A stretch of 64,000 nt of DNA from NCBI GenBank assembly GCA_964194625.1, contig CAXMNC010000230.1:3142-67141 (forward strand), given 5' to 3'. This DNA is from Acidiferrobacterales bacterium (GTDB lineage Bacteria; Pseudomonadota; Gammaproteobacteria; Acidiferrobacterales; SPGG2). Under the pieces are notes generated by a model that did not search any database, was not told the origin of the DNA, and saw nothing but the letters and a program-made list of their open reading frames with translations. The position numbers and the translations under genes were made by a program. Shown here piece by piece: positions 27,713 through 37,283 of this stretch. Position 1 is the stretch's first letter, and each line of letters starts with the position of its first letter.

Positions 27713-28939
27713 TCAAGGCTGAGTCAACTTGATCTCGATCCGGCGGTTACGCTTGTAAGCATCCTCGGAGATCCGGTCATCGAGGGGACGGAACTCCCCA
27801 AATCCGGTGGCGGCCAGTCGCACCGGTGAGATACCCTGCGCGATCAGGTAGTTAACGACCGATAGGGCGCGTGCCGTGGACAACTCCCAGTTGGAAGGAA
27901 ACCTCGCGGTCTGGATCGGGCGGCGGTCGGTGTGACCATCGACGCGCAAGATCCAATCAATGTCCGACGGGATCTTACTGGTGACGGTCTTGAGTGTTTC
28001 TGCCAATCGCGCGAGCTGGTGCCTGCCCGCTGGCATGAGGGTGGCTGAGGCGGTGGGGAACAACAGTTCTGACGGGAAAACGAAGCGATCGCCAACGATA
28101 CGAATGTCTGGATGATCGCCTAGGGCTTCGCGCAATCGGCCAAAGAACTCCGAGCGATATCGATTGAGCTCCTGGACTTTGCGTGCTAGCGCGACATTAA
28201 GGCGCTGTCCGAGTTCAGCGATCTTTACTTTCTGTTCTTCGACTTTGCTTTCCTCAAGGGCGAGGGCGGCCGAGAGCCTGGCGAGCTGCTCACGCAGGGC
28301 GGCAATCTGTTGATTCAACAAGGCCACACGGGCGCGCGACTCTTCCTTCACTTCCGTGAGGTCTGCCTCTAGGGTCTTGCTACGATCGCGCGCGACGACG
28401 ATTTCCTCGTCGCGTTGTTTTACGGTTTCTGCGAGTCCAGCAACCCGAGTCTCCAATTCAGTCCGCCGCTGGCGTAAGGTAGCGATGTTCTCCTGTAGGC
28501 TGGCAATCTCCTGAAGTTGTAGCTCGATCTTTTCCTTGTCGGTGGCGATGATCGTCGAGGCGTCCTCGAGTTTTGCTTCGAGTTGGGAAGCCTCGGCCTC
28601 GGCCACTTCCGCCCTTTGTGTGGTCACAGCAAGTTGGCTCGTCAACGAATCGCGTTCTGCAAGCGTGGCTTTGAGCCGACTCGAAAGCTCCGTGATCCTT
28701 TCACCAAGCTCAGCACTTTTCTCGCGTTCCAGTGACAATGTGTTTGCGAGCTCGTTGACCTGCAGTGATAACTCGTCAAGCGCCCGTTCGCGTCCAATCA
28801 GTCTTTCGTTGAGAAAGAACTGGGCCAGCACGAAGATAAGTACCACAAAGATAAATACCAACAGCACCGATGCAAGCGCATCGACAAAAGCGGGCCAAAC
28901 ATTTACGGTGTAGCGGCTGCGGCGTGTAAGCGCGAACAT
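27713..28939 (-). CDS. MotB-like protein with long coiled coil and OmpA/MotB peptidoglycan-binding domain
   Basis: N-terminal TM WPAFVDALASVLLVFIFVV with the conserved Asp, about 230 aa of heptad repeats, and a C-terminal OmpA-like block RVDGHTDRRPI ... STARALSV ... NRRIEIKL. Confidence 0.85.
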   Translation of the reverse strand: MFALTRRSRYTVNVWPAFVDALASVLLVFIFVVLIFVLAQFFLNERLIGRERALDELSLQVNELANTLSLEREKSAELGERITELSSRLKATLAERDSLTSQLAVTTQRAEVAEAEASQLEAKLEDASTIIATDKEKIELQLQEIASLQENIATLRQRRTELETRVAGLAETVKQRDEEIVVARDRSKTLEADLTEVKEESRARVALLNQQIAALREQLARLSAALALEESKVEEQKVKIAELGQRLNVALARKVQELNRYRSEFFGRLREALGDHPDIRIVGDRFVFPSELLFPTASATLMPAGRHQLARLAETLKTVTSKIPSDIDWILRVDGHTDRRPIQTARFPSNWELSTARALSVVNYLIAQGISPVRLAATGFGEFRPLDDRISEDAYKRNRRIEIKLTQP

Positions 28940-28992
28940 AGCGAGTATCTAAATGCTGCCCCTAATAACTAGTTAGGTAGATTCTCCATGGG

Positions 28993-30150
28993 CTAGTCCC
29001 CGGATTTTTTGCCGCGTGCAGGACGCGGCCTTTCGGCAATGCTACGCGCCAGCAGCCTAAATTCATCACGTAACTCACTCCCGAATTGACTGCGAGCGGC
29101 AGACACTTCTTCCAGTAAACGCTGTAGGCCAACGTCCATATTACGCAGGTGATCGCGCATTTCCTCGTTTCCAGATAGACTGTTGGCGACCTGGTTGGCC
29201 AGCTCCGCCGTTACCGGTTGCAAATCGGTCTGGTTTTTTGTGAGAGTCAAAATCAACTTCTGCTCCGAGCGCAGCTGATCGGTGAGTTCGGCTAGCTGTT
29301 CGCTTAACTTCGCGAGATTATTCTGCACCGCGCGTCGGTCTTCCTCACCACGAGCGACGCTGCGCTGTAACTGATTAAGATTTTCCGCGGTCTGCTCGAG
29401 CAGGGCTTCGATATAGACTGGCAGTGGCTGACCACCTTCTGCCGTTAGCGCGCTACTTGGCAAGTGCGTGAGTTCCGACAGCCACTCTTCCAAATAGTTA
29501 TAAAAGCGGTTCTGTGCGTGTCCTGCTTGCAGGTCAAGAACGCCTAACACTAGCGCGCCGCCCAGGCCAAACAACGACGAGCTGAAGGCGGTACCCATCC
29601 CGGTTAGCGGACCTTGCAGGTCGCGCTTGAGTTCATCGAAAATCGCGCTGGGGTCACCAGTCCCGGCGGAAAGACCACCAATCACGTTACCCACGCCTGC
29701 GACGGTATCCAGCAGTCCCCAGAAAGTGCCGAGCAAACCGAGAAAAATCATTAAGCCGATCATATAGCGGGAAATATCACGGGACTCATCCAGGCGCAGA
29801 CGGATGCCGTCCAGTAATGAACGCATGGCCATGGCGGATATTCGGAATTGTTCCTGATCGCGGCCGCTGAACATCTTTGCCATCGATGCCAGCAGGCGGG
29901 GCGCCTCGTCTGACGGCGGCAGGGCGTCTACGTCCCGTACGTCGTCGATCCAAGCGGTCGCCGGCCCAAGAGTCAAGACCTGCAGAAAGTTCACGCCGAC
30001 ACCGATCACCAGCACCCCGAGTATCATGCCGTTGAAGATCTGGTTGGCGTCAAACGCCGTGCGCAGCGGAGGAAAAAGCAGGGCGCACACTACACCCACT
30101 GCACCGAGAAACAGTACCATCCATACCAACATGCGTTGGGAATCACTCAC
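28993..30150 (-). CDS. MotA/TolQ/ExbB proton-channel family protein with C-terminal coiled-coil tail
   Basis: Four TM helices, channel signature GLMIFLGLLGTFWGLL ... GMGTAFSSSLFGLGGALVLG, then a tail of about 130 aa that is rich in heptads. Confidence 0.8.
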   Translation of the reverse strand: MSDSQRMLVWMVLFLGAVGVVCALLFPPLRTAFDANQIFNGMILGVLVIGVGVNFLQVLTLGPATAWIDDVRDVDALPPSDEAPRLLASMAKMFSGRDQEQFRISAMAMRSLLDGIRLRLDESRDISRYMIGLMIFLGLLGTFWGLLDTVAGVGNVIGGLSAGTGDPSAIFDELKRDLQGPLTGMGTAFSSSLFGLGGALVLGVLDLQAGHAQNRFYNYLEEWLSELTHLPSSALTAEGGQPLPVYIEALLEQTAENLNQLQRSVARGEEDRRAVQNNLAKLSEQLAELTDQLRSEQKLILTLTKNQTDLQPVTAELANQVANSLSGNEEMRDHLRNMDVGLQRLLEEVSAARSQFGSELRDEFRLLARSIAERPRPARGKKSGD

Positions 30151-30332
30151 GGCTGTTATGCTATGCGTATAGTGGCGGTCCTAGTAACGTCACGTTACCA
30201 CACGATCACCTTGCCTGTTGACTCGGACAACCCTGCCCCGGAAATTACAATAATATCGCCGCACACCAGGCATTGACACAGGAGCCTTGCAACTGACTTT
30301 ACTCAGATCTCGTCTAACGCCAATATTCGCTT

Positions 30333-31031
30333 ATGAGCACTGTCACTGACAACCGGATGGGCGCCGTACCCAAACGCCGATTCGGGTGGCTGCATATCAC
30401 ACTGTTTTTGTTGGCTACCGTCGTACTAACAACGATCGCGACCGTTTGGATCGTAAAGACCTCTATCTTTCCCTCGGAGTTCAAGCCCGTGAAATTGAGT
30501 GCTAAGGAGGAACAGATCCTTAGCGTCAAACTCGAAAGGCTAGGGGCACTTGGAACCGATAGACGCTATGGGCGCAAGAGCTCGGCGGAAACTACCGGTG
30601 ACGCGCTGACGCCGGAACGTTATACCGAAGAAGGCGCTAGCCGCGACATTGCCCTGAGGGAACGAGAACTCAACGCGTTGTTGGCCAAGAACACCGATCT
30701 TGCCAGCAAACTCGCGATCGATTTAGCTGACGATCTGATTAGCGCGAAGCTCCTCGTGCCGATCGACGAGGACTTCCCGTTTGTGGGTGGTCAGACCTTG
30801 AAAGTTAGGGCCGGGGTCGAGATAGCCTATTCCAACGGTAGGCCGATTGTGGTCCTAAAGGGTGTGAGTGTCATGGGTGTTCCGCTCCCCAATGCTTGGA
30901 TGGGCGGGATCAAAAACATCGATCTCGTGAAGGAGTTCGGTGGGCATAACGGGTTTTGGAAGGCGTTTGCCGATGGCGTGGAAGATATCCGCGTGGAAGA
31001 AGGACAACTGAGAATCAAGTTGAAGCAATAA
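30333..31031 (+). CDS. membrane-anchored hypothetical protein
   Basis: 232 aa with a single N-terminal TM (WLHITLFLLATVVLTTIATVWIV). Divergent from the MotA-like gene. No family recognised. Confidence 0.6.
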   Translation: MSTVTDNRMGAVPKRRFGWLHITLFLLATVVLTTIATVWIVKTSIFPSEFKPVKLSAKEEQILSVKLERLGALGTDRRYGRKSSAETTGDALTPERYTEEGASRDIALRERELNALLAKNTDLASKLAIDLADDLISAKLLVPIDEDFPFVGGQTLKVRAGVEIAYSNGRPIVVLKGVSVMGVPLPNAWMGGIKNIDLVKEFGGHNGFWKAFADGVEDIRVEEGQLRIKLKQ

Positions 31032-31086
31032 ATGGGCAAGGAAGATTTCAGTCAAGAAAGGCGCTTGTACCTGACCTGGTGACACC

Positions 31087-31524
31087 ATGACATCGGCTAG
31101 AGAACGGGCCAAGGCGTTAGCCGAAGAGATGAGCAAGGTCATGAAGGTGGCCAAGGCGGCCGAGGCGCGAGCCAAGGAGCTGAGCCAAGAGGTTCTGCAA
31201 GCCTTGGCCGAGGCCAAGGCAGAGGCCGAAGCGGCTCGCACCGTTGTGCAATACCCGTCCGGTCGCTATGAATGTAAACGCTGTGGTCAGGTCGCGTTGT
31301 TTACAGAGCCATGTCAGGAATTGCCGGCCTGTGGTAACTGTGGCAGTGTCGAATACGATGGCGCTAAACCCAAGGTAACGAAGATCAAACCCCCGCCCCC
31401 CAAGAAATTCGCGGCCGGCATTTACGAGTGTAGCGATTGTGGCGCACGTATGGTTGTGGCCGAGGAAACGGACGTGTTGTCTGCCTGCGATATATGCGGC
31501 GCCGGCAAGCTCAAGGCCGTGTAA
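31087..31524 (+). CDS. zinc-ribbon protein with N-terminal coiled coil
   Basis: Two CxxC-Xn-CxxC ribbons (CKRCG...CGNCG and CSDCG...CDICG) follow an Ala/Lys/Glu-rich helix. Confidence 0.65.
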   Translation: MTSARERAKALAEEMSKVMKVAKAAEARAKELSQEVLQALAEAKAEAEAARTVVQYPSGRYECKRCGQVALFTEPCQELPACGNCGSVEYDGAKPKVTKIKPPPPKKFAAGIYECSDCGARMVVAEETDVLSACDICGAGKLKAV

Positions 31525-31550
31525 AAAATCTCATTGTTATGCGTCTGCAG

Positions 31551-33452
31551 ATGACGATATTGACTCTCAATAACGTATCGCTGGCGTATGGCCATGTGCC
31601 GTTGTTGGCGCAGGTAGATTTCCAGATCTCGTCGGGTGAGCGGGCTTGCCTGGTGGGTCGCAACGGAACGGGAAAGTCCACATTGTTTCGTGTCATTAGT
31701 GAAGCTGCGCAGCCGGACGATGGAGAAATCTGGCGAAAAGACACCTTGCGAATCTCGCATCTAGAGCAGGAAGTTCCGGTAGATACGCCCAATACTATCT
31801 ATGAAGTCGTGGCGGCAGGATTGGGTGAATTGGGTCAGCTACTTACTGAGTATCACAATGCCGTACAACATGTGGCCGAACCCAATTCGGTTTCCCTCCA
31901 TCGTGTATCTACCTTGCAGCATCGTATCGATGCCCTCGATGCTTGGAACATTAGACAAAAAGTCGAGACAGCATTGAGTCGTTTATCGTTACCAGCAGAT
32001 AAGCGCATGGCTGATTGCTCTGGCGGTGTACGGCGACAGGTGATGCTCGCACAAGCCTTGGTCAGTAACCCTGATCTGTTGTTGCTGGATGAGCCGACCA
32101 ACCATATGGACATCGCCGCCATCACTTGGTTGGAGGAATTTCTATTGTCTTTCCGCGGAGCGCTGATGTTTGTCACCCATGACCGTACGCTGTTGGAGCA
32201 TCTGGCAACTCGCATTGTCGAGCTCGATCGAGGGAAGCTGAAATCCTTCCCGGGAGACTATCAGTATTACCTGCGAAAAAAAGACGAACTATTGGAGGCT
32301 GAAGCAAAGGCCAACGCCAAGCGCGACAAAAAGTTGGCACAAGAAGAGATCTGGATACGCCAAGGCATCAAAGCAAGGCGTACCCGTAATGAAGGTAGGG
32401 TCAGAGCCCTGCAAGCAATGCGAAAGGCGCGCCGCCTACGGATGGAGACACAAGGTAGGGCTAACCTTGCGGTAGACCGCGGCGATCTATCCGGCAAGCT
32501 GGTGGTCGATATGCGGCAGGTTGGTTTTAGTTATGGCGATCATTGCATCATTCGAGACTTATCGACACGCATTATGCGTGGCGATAGGGTTGGAATCATC
32601 GGTCCGAACGGTTCTGGTAAAACGACGTTACTCAAGTTAATGCTAGGAGAAACAAAGCCAGATGACGGCGAGATCGTTATGGGTACGCGCTTACGCATAG
32701 GATATTTCGATCAGCAACGGACACAGCTGATGCCAGCAAAGACGGTGCGGGAGAATATAAGTGAAGGCGGCGATTACGTCACGGTTAGAGGCCGTTCGCG
32801 CCATATCATCGGTTACCTGAGAGATTTTTTATTTCCCCATGAGCGCATTGATTCACCAGTGAAGAGCTTGTCGGGCGGTGAACGAAACCGCTTGCTGTTG
32901 GCCAAGATGTTTACGCGGCCTACCAATATGATGGTCCTAGATGAACCAACCAATGACCTTGACGTAGATACCCTGGAATTACTCGAAGATTTATTGGCCG
33001 ACTACGATGGTACCCTAGTGCTGATCAGTCATGATCGGACGTTTCTCGACAATGTAGTAACCAGTACGTTGGCGTTTCGTGGGGATGGTTTGGTAGAGGA
33101 ATATGTGGGGGGCTATGCGGACTGGATCAAGCAAAGGAAACCTCACGTCGCCAAGCGCACAGTAATCAAGGAGAGAGCAGACAGCGCAACCAAGCAAGAG
33201 CGCAATCAAAACAAGCGTTCCATCCAAAGGCAAAAACTAAGCTACAAGGAAGAACAAGAGTTAGCGGCGATTCCGGAGCGCATCGAAGAACTGGAGCATG
33301 AACAACAAAGCCTCGAGCGCCGAGTCAGCCGTCGGGAATTTTATCAGCAGGATAAAGCGACAATCACTGCGACACTGAACCGCCTTAACCAGATCCGCGA
33401 AGAGTTAGAACATGCTTACGGACGCTGGGGATATCTGGAAGGAATGGACTAG
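31551..33452 (+). CDS. uup: ABC-F family ATPase Uup
   Basis: Two ABC cassettes (GRNGTGKST, GPNGSGKTT, LSGGERNRLLLA), no TM domain, and a C-terminal coiled coil. 633 aa from ATG 31551. Confidence 0.9.
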   Translation: MTILTLNNVSLAYGHVPLLAQVDFQISSGERACLVGRNGTGKSTLFRVISEAAQPDDGEIWRKDTLRISHLEQEVPVDTPNTIYEVVAAGLGELGQLLTEYHNAVQHVAEPNSVSLHRVSTLQHRIDALDAWNIRQKVETALSRLSLPADKRMADCSGGVRRQVMLAQALVSNPDLLLLDEPTNHMDIAAITWLEEFLLSFRGALMFVTHDRTLLEHLATRIVELDRGKLKSFPGDYQYYLRKKDELLEAEAKANAKRDKKLAQEEIWIRQGIKARRTRNEGRVRALQAMRKARRLRMETQGRANLAVDRGDLSGKLVVDMRQVGFSYGDHCIIRDLSTRIMRGDRVGIIGPNGSGKTTLLKLMLGETKPDDGEIVMGTRLRIGYFDQQRTQLMPAKTVRENISEGGDYVTVRGRSRHIIGYLRDFLFPHERIDSPVKSLSGGERNRLLLAKMFTRPTNMMVLDEPTNDLDVDTLELLEDLLADYDGTLVLISHDRTFLDNVVTSTLAFRGDGLVEEYVGGYADWIKQRKPHVAKRTVIKERADSATKQERNQNKRSIQRQKLSYKEEQELAAIPERIEELEHEQQSLERRVSRREFYQQDKATITATLNRLNQIREELEHAYGRWGYLEGMD

Positions 33453-33464
33453 GATTCGGTTGAT

Positions 33465-34346
33465 TCAATTCATGCTAGCGGCGGGGTTGCCGTAAATAAA
33501 TGTCGCCACATCCTCTAAGACCGGCGCACGAGAACGCAATGGTATAGACAGTGCCCCGACAATACCGATGTGGCCTAGCCGCGGATAGAAGATCGTCTTA
33601 ACCTTTCCTTGTTTACTACGTACCGCGGCGGCTAGGTTGTCTATATTGCGGATCTTTACCGTCTTATCCTTATTGCCATACATCAATAGTAGCCGGGGCT
33701 CATCGCCGTCCACGAAATTGATAGGTTGTGACGCAGGATATTGTGGCGGCGGCCCGAAAATCTGTTTGTCGCGTTCACTAAAGTAGGGCAACCAATCATA
33801 GGGGCCAGCGAGGCCAATCATTCCTTTCAACCAATACTTGTTGTCGCCCACGGATCGCAGATAGCGCTCATCGAGGGCGAGTAAGGCGGCGATGTGTGCC
33901 CCGGCCGAATGTCCCATGATATATACATCGTTTGGGTCTCCACCGAACCGCTGTTTATTGTTGTAAACGCACTTGAGTGCAAGCGCGCTATCTTCAACAA
34001 ATGTCGGAAACTTCACGTCGGGAAAGAGTCGGTAGTTTGGGATGACACCAACAAAGCCCTTTGATATCAGGGCTTCGCCAACGAACAGATATTGGCCCTT
34101 AGAGCCTTGCATCCAGGCCCCGCCGTGAAGAAAGACAACTACCGGACGAACTGTAGTGGAGTCACCGGCGTGATAGAGATCTAACTGCTGGCGTTCTTCG
34201 CTCCCGTAGTCGATATCGTAAACGACGATGGGTTTTTGCATTCGCGCAAGCGTGTTGACAACCGTTAGTCCGAGCGATTGGCAACCCACGAGAAGCACGA
34301 GTGAAGCCAACAAGCTGATAATGTTGCGTTTAGCTGAGTTGTTCAT
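33465..34346 (-). CDS. alpha/beta hydrolase (esterase/lipase) lipoprotein
   Basis: Lipobox LLVGCQS, oxyanion HGGAW, and nucleophile elbow GHSAGA. Confidence 0.85.
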   Translation of the reverse strand: MNNSAKRNIISLLASLVLLVGCQSLGLTVVNTLARMQKPIVVYDIDYGSEERQQLDLYHAGDSTTVRPVVVFLHGGAWMQGSKGQYLFVGEALISKGFVGVIPNYRLFPDVKFPTFVEDSALALKCVYNNKQRFGGDPNDVYIMGHSAGAHIAALLALDERYLRSVGDNKYWLKGMIGLAGPYDWLPYFSERDKQIFGPPPQYPASQPINFVDGDEPRLLLMYGNKDKTVKIRNIDNLAAAVRSKQGKVKTIFYPRLGHIGIVGALSIPLRSRAPVLEDVATFIYGNPAASMN

Positions 34347-34512
34347 CTGTCAGCTGCGCCCATTGTACCGGCGTCAGCCGGCCCACGAAGATAAACTTAC
34401 CGTTCCCTTGAGGCGGAAGGCGATTCCCTCGCCCTCATCGGGGTATAATTGCTAAATGTTATGAACAGTGTTTTCTAATAACTATGCCAACCAACCATAG
34501 GAGGTAGACATC

Positions 34513-34807
34513 ATGGCGACATACATCAGTCTCATTAGCTTCACCGACCAGGGTATTCGCAATATTAAACAATCACCCGAACGGGCGCAGGCATTCCGGG
34601 ATATGGTCGAAAAGGCGGGCGCAACCGTGAAGGCAATTTATTTGGACACTCGGCAACTACGACATTGTCGCGATTACCGATGTACCAGATGATGCAACGG
34701 CGATGACTTTGCTGTTGACCACAGGCAGTATTGGCAATATCCGTACGCAAACGCTCAAGGGATTTTCTGCAGAAGAGATGGCGCCAATCCTGGCAAAGCT
34801 GCCGTGA
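34513..34807 (+). pseudogene. GYD domain protein gene with a +1 frameshift
   Basis: AGGAGG then ATG 34513 gives MATYISLISFTDQGIRNIK...AIY. One extra T in the TTT run at 34641-34643 shifts the frame. The next frame reads WTLGNYDIVAITDVPDDATA...GNIRTQTLKGF, the rest of a GYD domain. Total length is 295 nt, which is 3n+1. Confidence 0.75.
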
Positions 34808-34962
34808 TGCAAGAAACCGCGTGAAACAGAACCAATGGCGGTCCGCCGGTGATTCGAGCGGGCCGCCATTGTTCGCCGGGATGTGCGGATATGGTAAATC
34901 CGATGCTGGGCGGCATCTTTGATAGTATACTCATTTTTTAAAATTCAGCGCCGAACTAAAAA

Positions 34963-35781
34963 ATGACAATCGCAACCTCGGCGACAGCCGGCACATTCCG
35001 ATTGTTGTGTGAAGACGAACCCAGTGCAGTCGTTATCGAGCGACCGGAAAGCACGTCGCCATACTTGTTCGTATGCGATCATGCGGGTAATCAAATACCA
35101 CGTCGGCTCGATACCCTGGGCGTGCAGGACAAGGACCTTGTGCGTCATATTGCTTGGGATGTAGGTGCACGTGGACTGGCGGAAGAATTTGCCCGTCGTT
35201 TCGATGCTACGCTGGTGAAGCAGGTGTACTCAAGGCTGGTGATCGACTGTAATCGACCGCTCGATGCCGAAACTTCGATCGCCAAAATAAGCGAAGGCAC
35301 CGTCGTTCCCGCTAACCAAGATCCTTCTCGCGAAGAGGTCGAAGCACGTCAGCGCGAAGTCTTTCAACCTTATCACAACACAATCGCTTCTATTATCGAC
35401 AAGCGGTTGACAAACAAGCAGCCCACTATCTTACTGGCGATTCATAGTTTTACGCCGGTATACCACGGCGAATCCCGATCCTGGCATATCGGCCTTCTGT
35501 ACAATCGCGACGCGCGCTTAGCGAAGCTGTTCCGCGAATTGCTGGCAGAGGATGAAACACTCTGTGTGGGAGATAACCAACCTTACTCAGTGGATGATTT
35601 CAGTGACTACACGCTTCCTGTCCATGGGGAGCAGCGTGGAATTCCGTACCTATTGTTTGAAGTGCGGCATGACATGATAGAGACCGAAGAGAATCAGTAT
35701 CGTTGGGCGCATCGACTGGCCCATACACTAGAGCGTGCACTTGAGCAGTCGCCGGAGCTTGCCGCACATACGCCTGGTTGA
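34963..35781 (+). CDS. N-formylglutamate amidohydrolase family protein
   Basis: 272 aa with the pattern YLFVCDHAGNQIP ... LAIHSFTP ... FEVRHD, typical of the FGase family. Confidence 0.8.
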   Translation: MTIATSATAGTFRLLCEDEPSAVVIERPESTSPYLFVCDHAGNQIPRRLDTLGVQDKDLVRHIAWDVGARGLAEEFARRFDATLVKQVYSRLVIDCNRPLDAETSIAKISEGTVVPANQDPSREEVEARQREVFQPYHNTIASIIDKRLTNKQPTILLAIHSFTPVYHGESRSWHIGLLYNRDARLAKLFRELLAEDETLCVGDNQPYSVDDFSDYTLPVHGEQRGIPYLLFEVRHDMIETEENQYRWAHRLAHTLERALEQSPELAAHTPG

Positions 35782-35806
35782 CTGGTCACCGAAACTGGTT
35801 GTTAAC

Positions 35807-36330
35807 CTAACGATCGAGACCACATCCCGCATCATCGCAAGCCGCCCGTGTTTTTTGCTTAACATCTTTCGAATTGTTTGAGGTATCGGTTGCCACTCGC
35901 TCGCTGAGTAGCATCGCCACTTGCGCGCCGACGGACATATCATCCGGTCGACCAAAGACGTGATAACGCACGATACCGAACCTGTTGATAAAGATTAAAG
36001 TGAGTGTTCCATACATGCGGTAGGCATGCATGGTCAGCGGAAAGTCTTGACCCGCTTCGTGCGCATCGATACCAACCGGGAAGTTGACGTGATACTGGTG
36101 GAGAAACGCCTGCAGCGCGTGGCAGCGAATGTTTCTTGCAAGCGTTGCGCCTGTGGGATCCCATGAGCAACAGATCCCGGACATAACATCTGAAAGGTAT
36201 GAAGCGCTATCACGCGCCCGCGAAGTTTATCTAGGCTCAGATCGTTGTTCGCGTTGAACCACTGAGTTACATGCCATGTCGGGGCGGGCTTGATGGAGGC
36301 CGTATTCTTGAGAGCGGACCATGGATCATC
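35807..36330 (-). pseudogene. thioredoxin-fold redoxin (TlpA/AhpC-TSA-like), decayed
   Basis: The N-terminal half (APTWHVTQWFN...RGRVIALHTFQMLCPGSVAHGIPQAQ) and C-terminal half (ALQAFLHQYHVNFPVGID...TLIFINRFGIVRYHVFGRPDD) lie in different minus-strand frames. The CxxC reads CPGS. There is no start codon in the N-terminal frame, and a stop lies at 36331-36333. Confidence 0.6.
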
Positions 36331-36445
36331 TCATCATCGATCGAATGGGCACATACCCAACTGGGAGCCTCTAATTCTTGCACTTTCCCGGGGGCGCTCG
36401 AGCTGTAGATACGATATATATGTAGCCTCCCGGATGGGTATGCGG

Positions 36446-36576
36446 TATATTGCGCCGCGCGGTTTATGAATGTAGGTCTGTTCGGAAAATCCCTCCCAAG
36501 GTTCGCCCGCAATCTCCTTTCTGTAAACTGCACGAACGTTGTGACATTTAATACTTTTTTTGAGGATCTTTATATT
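36446..36576 (+). promoter_or_regulatory. csp promoter (-10 TATATT) and long conserved 5' leader, copy 1
   Basis: TATATT at 36446-36451, then a leader of about 120 nt. Its first roughly 75 nt are nearly identical to the leader at 43292-43430 (TTATGAATGTAGGTCT.TTCGGAAAATCCCTCC.AAGGTTCGCCCG). Long structured leaders are known for cspA-type genes. Confidence 0.5.
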
Positions 36577-36780
36577 ATGCGTACGGGAACTATAAAGTGG
36601 TTCAGTGAATCCAAAGGATATGGTTTTATCACGCCGGAGGATGGCAGCAAGGACGTTTTTGTTCACCACTCCGCAATTACCGGCACGGGTTTTAAGTCCC
36701 TGGCTGAGGGGCAACGCGTGACATTCGAGGTTCAACAGGGCCCCAAGGGCCTACAGGCGGTTGAGGTTACTACCGCCTAG
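36577..36780 (+). CDS. cold-shock protein (CspA family), copy 1
   Basis: [31 protein letters not shown] carries the RNP1/RNP2 motifs; 67 aa. Confidence 0.95.
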   Translation: MRTGTIKWFSESKGYGFITPEDGSKDVFVHHSAITGTGFKSLAEGQRVTFEVQQGPKGLQAVEVTTA

Positions 36781-36808
36781 CGCCTTACGATAGTAGATTT
36801 GAATTCAG

Positions 36809-36837
36809 GACCCCGCTGCATGGCGGGGTTTTTTTTG
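36809..36837 (+). terminator. rho-independent terminator after csp copy 1
   Basis: Stem CCCCGC / GCGGGG with a 6-nt loop, followed by eight T. Confidence 0.8.
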
Positions 36838-36887
36838 GGCGAAAAAAATACTACGTGGTTCGCGCATAGCGGCACGCCGTCGGGTCG

Positions 36888-37154
36888 TTAGCGGCGTTTG
36901 CGGGCTTGCGTTCGACGCGGGTCTTCGAAGCGCACGCGAAGCGCATTGCCGCTATAGGTCTTGCCATCTAGGGCAGCGAGGGCCGCACGCGCCTCATGCC
37001 CCTCCATTTCGACAAAACCAAAGCCGCGGCACTTGCGTGTGAAGATATCTGCAGCTACTTCTACCGACCGCACGGTACCGAACTCTGCAAACAATTCCCG
37101 CACGGACTGTTCCGAGGCTTCGGCCGGCAAGTTACCAACAAACATTTTTTTCAA
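36888..37154 (-). CDS. RRM-type RNA-binding protein
   Basis: RNP2 MFVGNL and RNP1 RGFGFVEM, with a basic C-terminus; 88 aa. Confidence 0.9.
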   Translation of the reverse strand: MKKMFVGNLPAEASEQSVRELFAEFGTVRSVEVAADIFTRKCRGFGFVEMEGHEARAALAALDGKTYSGNALRVRFEDPRRTQARKRR

Positions 37155-37283
37155 ATGTGTCTCCTCGCTGAATTAGACAACCAGTGTAATCGACTAAACC
37201 CTTTAGGTCCACCAGTGCCGCTATGATACCAACACATTGACGCACCGGTCTGCGCCTGACATCGCTGGGCCGATTCCTTATCC

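Noticed and set aside
26297-30150. Calling the MotA/MotB-like pair a Zorya system
   Set aside because: No ZorC/ZorD (helicase/nuclease) or ZorE-like gene is adjacent. The A subunit is much shorter than ZorA as I recall it. Only the general stator-plus-tail logic is shared.
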